A stretch of DNA of 64,000 bases from an uncultured bacterium (lineage in GTDB: Bacteria; Verrucomicrobiota; Verrucomicrobiia; Limisphaerales; UBA8199). The stretch lies in the NCBI GenBank assembly GCA_963749495.1, contig CAVVMW010000027.1:1-64000 (forward strand). The letters are read 5' to 3'. The position numbers and the translations under genes were made by a program. The notes under the pieces were generated by a model. It was not told the origin of the DNA, did not search any database, and saw only the letters and a list, made by a program, of their open reading frames with translations. Numbering within the stretch: the stretch's first letter is position 1; the number at the start of each line of letters is the position of its first letter. Below are positions 1 to 9,405 of the stretch, in pieces.

Positions 1-1347
1 CCACACTGTTGACCGTAATGACGGCGTAAGCATGTTTTTCGCCCGCCTTGGCTGAGGCATCCACGAAACGCATTTTCGGCGTCGGCTGATCCGGAGTATC
101 GTGATACGTCATCGATTGGAACAATGGCCGTCCGAACTTGCCCACCGGCTTCTCTGGCACCTGGGCAAACTCTTTCCCATCGCGCATGACGATGAAGCCG
201 CCAATGCCGCTTTCGAAATCCGCTTCCGCGTCCCAACTGATTTCTGCTCCCTGATCCCCCGCTTCGGTCACGCGCACGTCGAAAGGCGCAGGCGGCGGCG
301 TGGTGTCGCCCACGGCGCCGGTCTTGACGTACTCCATCCAAGCCTTGGCCACCGCTTCGTTTGGCAGCCACATGGACTCTTCCGACTTTCCCTTGTAATC
401 GGCCGCCGGCACCGCCGTGTCGCCACCGAGTGCCGCCAGCCAAGCCCGGCTCATGTCCACCGGTTTAAGGGTTTGGCCGTTGCTCGACTTGTCCGGCAGC
501 CGCATCGCCAGGCACGCGTCAAGGAACGGGATGGCGAAATAGCGGCTGTCGCCGCACTCGTGGCCAGTGCGCGGGTCCGGCGCAAAGCCGGCGGGGGCGC
601 CTTTGCTGCGGTAAACCCCGTAGGTGGTCAGCAGGATTCCAGTCAATCCTTTTTCCTTCACGCCCGTGCTGCACATCCTCGGGATCGCATAACTTGTGGC
701 TGGAATGGCGACCGGCGGGTACATGGCGGGTCTGTTGGTCCACACGAAAGCCGAGCCGGAGCGGTAGTAAACCGCGATGACGCGTTCGGGATGCAGGGTG
801 CTCATGACATCGGCCCATCCGGCGCCGGCGGAATGACCCCAGAGCGCCCAGGGGACGGTCGCCAATTCAGGATGGCCGGTCTTGGCCGCGAAATCGCCCA
901 GGGCTTTGACGAAGGTCTTGTCCGAACCCAGGCGCGGGTCGAACCAGTAGTCCGAGCCTGCGGGCCGAGGTCTCCATCGTTCAACACGTGGTAGGAGGGA
1001 CCGAGTAGGGCGCAGTCCCACTTCTTGGCCAGGGCCTGCCAGTGCAGGTCGTAGGCGGCAGTGGATCCTTCCTTGGAAGCCGTCATGCCCGCGCCATGCT
1101 GGTGAACGATGATGCCGCGGAAGCTCTTCACGCCGTCCGGAATCCAGAGCGTGTACGTGACGGCAATTCGCAGTTGGCCCTCGACCGTTGACGCCGGATA
1201 ATCAACTTTCACATATTGTCCAGCCCCGCGCATCATTCCCGCGCAGCCAAACACGGCGGCGATAAGCAAGGTGAGTGCCTTGAGCCTCATTCGCGGGTGA
1301 GCACATTGGCTGGCTCTGGCGGTAATCCATTCGGTTTGGGTCTTCAT
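1..1347 (-). CDS. Secreted alpha/beta-hydrolase (esterase-like) + FN3-like module, copy 1; frameshifted; runs off window edge
   Basis: Signal peptide (MRLKALTLLIAAVFG), YVKVDYPAST..RGIIVHQHGAG..YDLHWQALAKKWDCALLGP, then WGHSAGAG nucleophile, DPRTGHECGD and DTTPPPAP in other frames; same module at ~9.9-11.1 kb and ~16.7-17.9 kb. Confidence 0.8.
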
Positions 1348-1565
1348 GGGGTTTCAAATGTCTCCTTGTCCATGAGGAAATCGTACCGGACAAAGTCGTC
1401 ATGCCAGGTGCTCTTGCCGCCGTCGAACGTCTGCGAGGAACTTTGCGCCGGTGCCAATTGGTCGGCCGCGTGGATGGTTCCGGCGCAACCACACACCGAG
1501 AAGGCGACTGCCGCAACGGCGAGGAGTCTTGCCGGTCTGGCTGTGTGAGAATTCGCATTCTTCAT
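1344..1565 (-). pseudogene. 73-aa stub: signal peptide plus start of the tandem alpha/beta-hydrolase module
   Basis: GGKSTWHDDFVRYDFLMD matches GEKTTWHEGFDRYDFVMD of the 9406-12830 gene (GPKTTWHEGFDRYDFVMD in 6281-7830), then stops. Confidence 0.65.
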
Positions 1566-1639
1566 AATTTCACGCTGTTGATGATTTGACTGTGATTGAC
1601 ATCGGACCGTTTGAACGCTTGCCCGGCAAGCAAAATGGC

Positions 1640-3787
1640 TCATCGCTTGATGTTCAGGGTTATTTCCTTCTGCTGCCGCGAGACGACCAGTAACATGCTT
1701 TGGACGGCGGCCAGCGCCGGAGCCTTCTGGAGCAACGTGCCGACATCCGCCGTCTTGAAGCCGTCCATCGGGAAGTTGACGAAGCCCAATGACAGGGCGG
1801 GAGACCCCTCCTTGACCCGGTAGTCTCCCTGCGCAGGATTGACGAACTGCGCGTCGGCCACCATGGAATGCTCGTCGCGGCCGCTTTGCCCATGCAGCCG
1901 GGTCGCGGGGGCGTTCGTGGCCCAGTCCCGATGCATGAGGTTGTAGTCCACTTCCTGGCCCCATGGCGGGGCCGGCATGAGCGCGGGCTGGTATTCGCGC
2001 CAGACGATGTTTCGGCGGAAAATATCTCCACCCGCGGCATACCAAACGTGAGGGTGCAGGCCGGAACCGACCGTGATGTTGTTCTCAACCATGCGTCCGT
2101 AGCCTTCGCGGTTCTTGATGCCACCGTGCAGACAGAGATTGTTGGTAATGATGTAAAATGAGGATCCGTCATCAAGGTCGATGTCCCAGCCGTGGTCGCA
2201 ACGCCAGCGGTTGTTCCGCAGGATCACCGGCTCAATCGCATCCAGGCGCGGGAGTTCGGGGACCTGCTTCACCCACGCGTTTACCTCGGCAATGTTGGGC
2301 CGCCAATAACGGTCGCGCCCCCAGGAATTGAACGAGCCGTGGTCCCCCGTCTCCTTCACCGTGTCGAACACATCGCAGAACTCGATGACATGCCCGCCCC
2401 AGCAGCCGTCGCCGATATTGATCCCCGCGCGCGGCATGTCGTAAATCGAGCAATGGCGGACGGTGATGTTCCGGGCCAGGTCGATATCCACTCCGGCGGT
2501 CTGCTTTTCCACCCGCCCAGTCAGGTAAATCAGGCAGTCATCGACCAGGCAATCTGCCGGGTAGTTCTGGGTGCGTGGACCAGGGGTGCGGTCGAGGTCC
2601 TCGAGCTTGTTGACCTGGCTGTAGTTGAATAGAGGGTTGCGTGCTGCCTGAGGGTCTCCGACAAAGCAGATGCCGCTCGCCCCGGCTTTGGCAATGTGGC
2701 AGCCGCGTATCGTGACCCGGTGGTTGTAATGGTTCACGAAAACAGCGTTGCCACCAACCTGGTCCAGAAAACAATCCTCCAGCGCACAGTCTTCAGTGCC
2801 CTCGAAGAACACCGCGCCGCCACGGTAGATGGCCCAGTCCGTGCGCAGGAGCGGTTCCTTGGTATCCATTACCGTGCGTGCCGCCTGACGAAAAGTCAGG
2901 CCCCGGAAAATGACGAAGCGCACAGGCTTTTCCTGGCTGCCGCGAAACTCGACCAGGCTGCGGAGCCGTGTGGCTTCCACGGTCGCTTTGGCCAGGTCAA
3001 GACCGGGAGGCGGGTAGAAGTAGAGACGGTGCGTTTTGGTGTTGAGGAACCACTCGCCGGGAGCGTCGAGTTCCTCAAAAATGTTTTCTACAAAGCGAAT
3101 CTTCTGGTGCACCGCGCCACCCCGGTTGTTTTGCCATCCACCCTCCTTCGTCAGTCCGCCCTGCGGGTCCTTACCCGTGATCCGCCAGGTGAAGTCACCC
3201 CAGAGGGCAGGATGCATCGCATGAAAATAGCCCCCCGCCGGATCAGCCCAACGAGCGACTCGTTCCGGCGAGATGGCATCCGCCGCGAAGCCGTCGAAGT
3301 ACTGCGCCTTGCGGTCGAAATTAGGATAGCGCGCCAGAATCTGCCGCTCGCCATTGACGAAGATTTCCTCAGTCCGCAAATCTTCCGGCACTGTTGCCTG
3401 AAAAATGCCATTCGTCCAAGGTTCCCAAACAAGGTTTTCCAGTTTGACCCCGCCGCTGAGGACGGCGTGTTCATTTTGATAAGGTTGAAAAACAACCGGA
3501 GCATCTTTCGCCCCCGAATCTTGCGCGGTGAAGATAAAGGTTTCTGACAAATAATAGGTTCCTTCTCGCAGGTAAACAGCGCCCCGCTTTTGGCGCAATG
3601 CCGCTTGCGCGCGCTGGAGACTGGCGAAAGGTTTTCCGATCGTGCCGGGATTGGCGTCGTTGCCCGCAGGCCCGACGTAGTAAGGTTGTCCGAACGCCGG
3701 CAAAGCAACGGCGACGAGGATCTGTAACGACAACAGTGATCGCAACAGAGCGGTTGCAATGATGGTTTGTATGGTTCGGCGTTTCAC
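1640..3787 (-). CDS. Secreted right-handed parallel beta-helix protein (polysaccharide lyase/hydrolase-like)
   Basis: Signal peptide, YYVGPAGNDANPGT, VYLREGTYYL, ELDAPGEW, GINIGDG, DIDLDDGSS; C-terminal region may be internally deleted near 1763. Confidence 0.8.
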   Translation of the reverse strand: MKRRTIQTIIATALLRSLLSLQILVAVALPAFGQPYYVGPAGNDANPGTIGKPFASLQRAQAALRQKRGAVYLREGTYYLSETFIFTAQDSGAKDAPVVFQPYQNEHAVLSGGVKLENLVWEPWTNGIFQATVPEDLRTEEIFVNGERQILARYPNFDRKAQYFDGFAADAISPERVARWADPAGGYFHAMHPALWGDFTWRITGKDPQGGLTKEGGWQNNRGGAVHQKIRFVENIFEELDAPGEWFLNTKTHRLYFYPPPGLDLAKATVEATRLRSLVEFRGSQEKPVRFVIFRGLTFRQAARTVMDTKEPLLRTDWAIYRGGAVFFEGTEDCALEDCFLDQVGGNAVFVNHYNHRVTIRGCHIAKAGASGICFVGDPQAARNPLFNYSQVNKLEDLDRTPGPRTQNYPADCLVDDCLIYLTGRVEKQTAGVDIDLARNITVRHCSIYDMPRAGINIGDGCWGGHVIEFCDVFDTVKETGDHGSFNSWGRDRYWRPNIAEVNAWVKQVPELPRLDAIEPVILRNNRWRCDHGWDIDLDDGSSFYIITNNLCLHGGIKNREGYGRMVENNITVGSGLHPHVWYAAGGDIFRRNIVWREYQPALMPAPPWGQEVDYNLMHRDWATNAPATRLHGQSGRDEHSMVADAQFVNPAQGDYRVKEGSPALSLGFVNFPMDGFKTADVGTLLQKAPALAAVQSMLLVVSRQQKEITLNIKR

Positions 3788-3847
3788 AGAATGTCAATAA
3801 TTACTCTGCGGACATAAATGAATTAACCTTGCTGCTTTGTCCTCATT

Positions 3848-6229
3848 CTACTTCTTCAAGTTCGCGTCGAGGAAGTTCAGGACGGCTGCGTCCACCTCGG
3901 CCGGCGACGGCTGGGCGGGTGGGCCGCCGGGCGGGGCGACGAACGTGTAGCCGTGGCCGGCGTTCTTCACGATGATCAGCTCCACCGGCACGTTGGCCTG
4001 CTTCAACGCCTCGGTCATGAGCTGTGCGTGGAACAGCGGCACGGTCGTATCCTTCTCGCCATTCACAATGAGGAACGGGCATGCCTGCGGGTTGACGTTT
4101 TCGAGCGGGCTCATCTGCTTGAAGACGTCGGGCTTCTCTTCGTAGGTGCCGCCGGCCATCTTGCGGGTGACGTCGGAGCGGCCCTTGAAGTCGGTCGGCC
4201 CGCAGAAATCGACGACGGCCTGCACGCGGCTGCTGAAGCCCGCGGAGCCGCCCTTGCCCTCCAGGTCGGGCTTGTCGCGGGTGACGCCCATGAGGGCCGC
4301 CAGGTGGCCGCCGGCGCTGGCACCCCAGCAGCCGATGCGGTCGGGATTGACCTGGTACTTCGCCGCGTTGGCCCGCAGCCAGCGGACCGCGAGCTTGCAG
4401 TCTTGGATCTGGGCCGGCCAGATCGCCTCGTTGACGAACCGGTACTCGACGTTGAGGACCAGGTACCCGTGGTTTGCAAGTTGTACAGTTTGCTGGAGGT
4501 CATGATGCGAGCCGGATGTCCAGCCACCGCCATGAATCCAGAGGACGGCGGGCATGAGGCCGGCGGGGGGCGTCTTGGGACGGGCGATGTCGGCGTGCAG
4601 CGCGCGGCCGCCGCCCGTGCCGATCTCGACGTCCCGAAGCAGCTCGACCCCGTCCAAGGCTCGGCCTTGCCGGGGCGGGTCTTTCTGCGGCGCTGCCTTG
4701 TCCGACGGGGCCGGCTTCGGTTCCCCGCTGTTCACGGCGGTGACTCGCTTGCGAACTTCCTTGAGCACATTAACGGCACTCGGATCCACCGTGCCATCCT
4801 GGTACATACCGAGGTTGATCGTCACCGCGCCGCCGTTGGCCTTGCACTGGCTGACGTAATCCCCCAACCGTTGGGCCGTGAACTGAGGTCTCGGCATGTC
4901 AACCCTCTGCTGCACCCAATAAGGTTCCATGAGTAGCAGGGCGTGGTAGCGCAATCCCGCGCCGGGGCCGTTCTCTGGGGTGGTGCCATTGACGGGCAAC
5001 CCGACAGGGCTGCCGACTTCCCCAGCCCAATACTCCTGCCATTCGGAGACGTTCGGGTAGATCCAGGAGTTCAGCGTAAGGATGCGATTCGGGTTCCCCG
5101 CTTTGCAGGTCTTGAAGAACTCGCGGAAGGAGAAGCCCGGGTATTTCTCTCTGGCTTGATAACAGCAGTCGAACCAGTAGCCAGCCACCTTTTCCTTGTA
5201 GTGCTGGCCGAACTCCGTCACGACCTCCGTCATGATCCGGGTGAACTCCTCTTCGCCGGACCTCGGGTATCTGGCGAGACTGGCCACGTTCAAGTAGCAC
5301 ATCATCTTGATGCCTTTGGCGTTGAGCGCATCGGCCATCTCGGCAATCAGATCGCGCCGCGTTGTCTTGCCGGGGTGGTATTTCTCCCAGGCTGTGATCG
5401 GTCCCGGACAATAGGACTCGGCGTGGCCGATCGTGAGAAACACGTAGCCCGCTCCCGTCTCTTCTACCATGTCCGCAAAGGGCTTGACGTCAAAGTCGTC
5501 AACGGCCTGGGCATACGGCTTGTGGGTTCCGTCCTTGCCGATGGTCTGGGAGGTCCAATGGAACATCAGCCCGTAACCGGCCTTGACGATCCACTCCGTG
5601 CTGGCCCGCGCCCGCTGGGCCTCCTGTCGCTCTGCCTCGATGGCCGCCTTGGCGGCGACGGGAATCAGTCCCAGACTGCGAAAATCGAGCACAGCCATCG
5701 CTTTCGGTGCGTTCGGGATGCTAAGCGCGATCGTCTGGGCTCCCGCCTCGAGGCGGAGGGGGCCCTTGATCGGCGTCATTTCATAGGACTTGTTCCCAAA
5801 GACCCCTTTGGTCATCGCCAGCGTGTACCTGACCCTGCTGCTACCACTGCTGACCTGCAAGTCCTGTCCAACCGCGCCGGGTTCCGCGGCGTGGCCAAGG
5901 GCGACCTCGTAGTCTCCCGCCCGGTCAACTTGTACCTTCCAGGTAATCTGTCCGCTGCCCGTCCAACGGAAGCTGTCCCCGGCTTGCTTCCTGACGCAAT
6001 TGTCCCTCGAGGCCGCTCCGCCTCCGTACAGGAAGGTGGGGGCGTCGCCTTTGACCGGAATGGCGGTCGGCTCGGGTTGGGCAGCCCCAGCAAGGGAGAC
6101 GAGGACAGCAAGTACGAGAAGTGCCGTTCCTCCTCGAATTCTCACGGCCGCTTCTCTCCGCCATATACGTCCACGCGCCACCGTCACCGCCGACGCCAAC
6201 AGGCCAACGACTTGTTGCTTGGTTGTCAT
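3848..6229 (-). CDS. CBM-like + GH29-like alpha-L-fucosidase domain fused to HSL/BD-FAE-type esterase
   Basis: YGLMFHW, GAGYVFLT, AGYWFD (GH29-like); IHGGGW, GASAGG, GEKD, AGHG (esterase triad). Confidence 0.8.
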   Translation of the reverse strand: MTTKQQVVGLLASAVTVARGRIWRREAAVRIRGGTALLVLAVLVSLAGAAQPEPTAIPVKGDAPTFLYGGGAASRDNCVRKQAGDSFRWTGSGQITWKVQVDRAGDYEVALGHAAEPGAVGQDLQVSSGSSRVRYTLAMTKGVFGNKSYEMTPIKGPLRLEAGAQTIALSIPNAPKAMAVLDFRSLGLIPVAAKAAIEAERQEAQRARASTEWIVKAGYGLMFHWTSQTIGKDGTHKPYAQAVDDFDVKPFADMVEETGAGYVFLTIGHAESYCPGPITAWEKYHPGKTTRRDLIAEMADALNAKGIKMMCYLNVASLARYPRSGEEEFTRIMTEVVTEFGQHYKEKVAGYWFDCCYQAREKYPGFSFREFFKTCKAGNPNRILTLNSWIYPNVSEWQEYWAGEVGSPVGLPVNGTTPENGPGAGLRYHALLLMEPYWVQQRVDMPRPQFTAQRLGDYVSQCKANGGAVTINLGMYQDGTVDPSAVNVLKEVRKRVTAVNSGEPKPAPSDKAAPQKDPPRQGRALDGVELLRDVEIGTGGGRALHADIARPKTPPAGLMPAVLWIHGGGWTSGSHHDLQQTVQLANHGYLVLNVEYRFVNEAIWPAQIQDCKLAVRWLRANAAKYQVNPDRIGCWGASAGGHLAALMGVTRDKPDLEGKGGSAGFSSRVQAVVDFCGPTDFKGRSDVTRKMAGGTYEEKPDVFKQMSPLENVNPQACPFLIVNGEKDTTVPLFHAQLMTEALKQANVPVELIIVKNAGHGYTFVAPPGGPPAQPSPAEVDAAVLNFLDANLKK

Positions 6230-6280
6230 GTTGCGATCCTTTCTGAGTCTGAGTTTGTATTGTCGTTTCTGCGTCAGGTA

Positions 6281-7830
6281 TCAATTGACATTCGTCATGA
6301 TGAAATCCACGACCGACTTCGGGTCTTTCGGCGAAAGTGGAAAATGCCCTTCGCCCTCCCTGACGATCACCGTGATCTTTCCGCCGAGTTCCTTATAACG
6401 TTTTTCGACAACGCGAGTCTGGCTTTCCAACCAGGGATCCGAGGCGCCGCAGTCGTGCAGGACCGGCACGCCTGCCTTCGCCAATGCCGCAAGGTTGTCC
6501 ATCGGTTGCGCTTTGCCCGCCATGAGACTGCGCATGAGCGGATTCCGGGCATAAATGCAGGCGACCTTGCCCGGGTTCGCAACCGCCCAGGCGTAGGCTT
6601 CGCCGGCCTTCGGCCCGGTCCCTTTCAACACCGGCTTGCTCGAGAATCCATTATCCACAAGGAGTTTGTAGGTATCGTCCCACCGCTTTTGCTCCGCACC
6701 CCCTCCTCCGAGCCGGGCGATCACAATGTGGTAGCCCTTCGCCAGCAGCGCCTGCTCGACGGTCGAATCCCTCTCGATAAGATCCCCCGTGAACATCCAG
6801 GGTTTTCCCTGCGCCACGGTCTTGGGCACAACGATCGATATGCCGTCCGACCTGAAGGTGCCGGGATTGTTGGCGTAGTAGTGGTCGTAACACTCCGTGA
6901 ACCCTGGCCCCCGGGCCGTGGCATAGGTGGCCTCTTCCTTCAGAAAGATGTAGGAAGGCTCGAGGCTGTAGTAATACCTCTTCGTGTAGTTCGCATCCAC
7001 GAAAGCGGGCCGGTTGGCCGTGGACCGTGTCATATGCTGCTCGATCCAATCGGCAATCGGCTTAGGATTCTGCAAGCTATGCGGGTGATGGGCGTGGCCT
7101 TCCTTGATCATCACCGTGATCAGGCCACCCGCCTGATGGTAGATGTCCTCGATGGCCAGAGTATTCAGCCGCAACAAAGAATCCTCAGTGCCGCCAACCT
7201 CCAATACAGGGACGTCATGCTTGGCCAGCTCTGGAATTTTGGCGAAGTCCTCCTCGTACAGTGCGCAATTATCGGCATAGATGCACGCCACTTTGTCGGG
7301 ATTGACCACGCCCCAGTTGAACTCATTCACCCCGCCTTTGCTCATCCCGATGAAAGCGGCCTTCTTCGCCAGCCCATGCTTCTCCGTCAGGAAGGTGTAC
7401 CACCTGTCCCACGCTTTGCCTTGCTTGCCGCCATCGGGGGCGACGAACGCGATATGGAACCCGCGCTTGAGCAGCTCGACTTCGGTTTGGGGCTCGTGGT
7501 TCCAATAGCAGCCCCGCCAGGACCACGGATAGCCGGGCGCGGCCTTCTTGGGAACGACCACCACGCACCGGCGTTTGCCGTCCTTCACCGCGGTGTCGAC
7601 ACCAAAGCCCGTCACCTCGCCCGCGGGCGCCGTCATGGGCGTGATCGCGCCCGTGGCATCGTCCATGACGAAGTCATAACGGTCGAATCCCTCGTGCCAG
7701 GTGGTCTTTGGACCGTCGAATGGGACGTATCCATCGGCCGCCAGCACAGCCTTGAGACGTCAGCAGAATAGCCAACAGGGCGGCTACTCCGAGGCCACGA
7801 CGCAAATACATTCGTTATACTCTTGTTCAT
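6281..7830 (-). CDS. Secreted tandem alpha/beta-hydrolase; frameshift in N-terminal signal region
   Basis: FIGMSKGG nucleophile, DKVACIYADN, KEGHAHHPHS; second internal repeat with degenerate elbow; ATG at 7830 overlaps upstream stop. Confidence 0.75.
6297..7708. repeat. ~1.4 kb near-identical direct repeat, copy A
   Basis: Aligns by eye base-for-base with 11246-12662 apart from scattered substitutions and indels. Confidence 0.95.
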
Positions 7831-9340
7831 TGGATCGATCCTTTACCTGTGAGTTCTTGTTTCACGGCCTTCATAAACTCCAGCGAGGCTTCGCCCACTC
7901 CGCCATCCTGGTAGATTTCCATGTTGACGGAGGGGACAATCCCGTGAGCGATGCCCGCTTTCATGTCCTGGACGAACTGCTCTTTCTTGTACTGGGGCGC
8001 CGGAATGTCGGTGTTCAGCCCGGAGTGAACCCAGCCCCGCTCGAGGACGAAGTTGGTGTGGGCCTGCAAGCCCTTGTAGGGCCCGGAGGTGTAAATGCCG
8101 GTCCCATCGGCGGGAAGTCCGTCCCAGAGCCTTGAGGAATTGGTATCCCTCCCCGCACAGGTAATCCTGGAAATCGGTGGAGCGCGGCAGGATCCAGGGG
8201 TTGTAGCAGACCACGCGGTCCGGGTTTCCCGCCTTCGCGGCCAGCGTCAGGCGGCGGAAGTCGGGGTTCAGGGGATAATAGACACAGGCATCGTCGAAGT
8301 ACCAGCCCGCGAGCCCTTTCCCGTAACGGTTGCCCGCCTCGCTGGTGATCGCGCACCAGTTGTCGAGAAACTTCTGCGGGTTCTTCGGATCATACCCGGT
8401 GTGCCGCCACCAGCCGTCCGGGTTCCTCCAGTCGTCGTGCCCGCAATGGTAGTAGAGAATCAGCCGGATGCCATGCGCCCCCAGCGCGTCAATCCAGTCC
8501 CGCACCAGATCGCGCTCCGCCGTGCGCCCGGGCAGAACACGGTCGATGGCCTTGATGGGCGCAGGGAAGTAGTGCTCGGCATTCGAACGTCGTCACGATC
8601 GCATAGCCGGCGCCGCTGTCCTTCACGATCTGGGCGAAGGTCTCGGCCGGGAAATCTCGCGTGGCGTCGCGGTAGTTCTTCCGCGGTCCGCGGTGTGGCA
8701 TCGAAGTCGATGTCCAGTGGAACTGGAGGCCGTACTTCGCCTTGCGCATCCACGCGGTGTCGGACCGCATCTCCTTGGCCTGCTGCCCGAGCTGGCGCTC
8801 CAGCGCGGGGGAAACCAGCTCGAGCGAGTAGAATTCCATTCGCCCGCCCGGTTTGGCGGCTCGAAGCGTTAGCGTGTGAACGCCCTTGTCGAGCCGCAGC
8901 CGTCCCATCTCGATACAATCCCAGTTGGTCTCGACGGCACGCTCCAGTTTCTGGTTGCCGGCCTTCAGTTCCAACACGGCGCCCTTGCTCTTGGTCAGGG
9001 CCGTCACGAGGAACTCGTCGGAGGACGGCACGTCCACCTGCCAGGTGAACGAATCCTCGGCACTGGTCCAGTTCCCCACCTGAAGACGCTTGGCGCCATG
9101 GCCGACGCTCTGAGGTTTCGGCCCTCCGGTTATCACCGCCTCGTCTCCCATGAGAAGCGTAGGGCGGTCGCTCTTCATGCTGATCGGCCCGGAAGGTCCG
9201 GGCGGGCCTCCAGCCTGTTGTCCACTCACGACGCGGGCCGCGGTGGCGGCCGCCGCGGCGGCCGCGCCCTTCAGAAACTGACGACGGGTAACGGACAGAC
9301 CTGCTGGCTGGTATGAGGGAGACTCAGGTGTCCATTTCAT
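7827..9340 (-). CDS. Tat-exported GH29-like alpha-L-fucosidase family protein; two frameshifts
   Basis: TRRQFLK Tat motif; KYGLQFHW, GAGYAIVT, LAGWYFDD across ORFs 8489-9340, 7843-8505 and 7827-8069; paralogous to N-half of 3848-6229. Confidence 0.75.
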
Positions 9341-9405
9341 TTCGTTATGAGCTTAAAATGGTCATATATGCACGCACGAATAGTGTTCACATGGAACATA
9401 CTAAT

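Noticed and set aside
4943..7771. 942-aa plus-strand ORF, and similar ones at 26768-29500, 38148-39989, 39990-41390 and 35132-36517
   Set aside because: Antisense shadows of well-supported genes in high-GC DNA; no motifs
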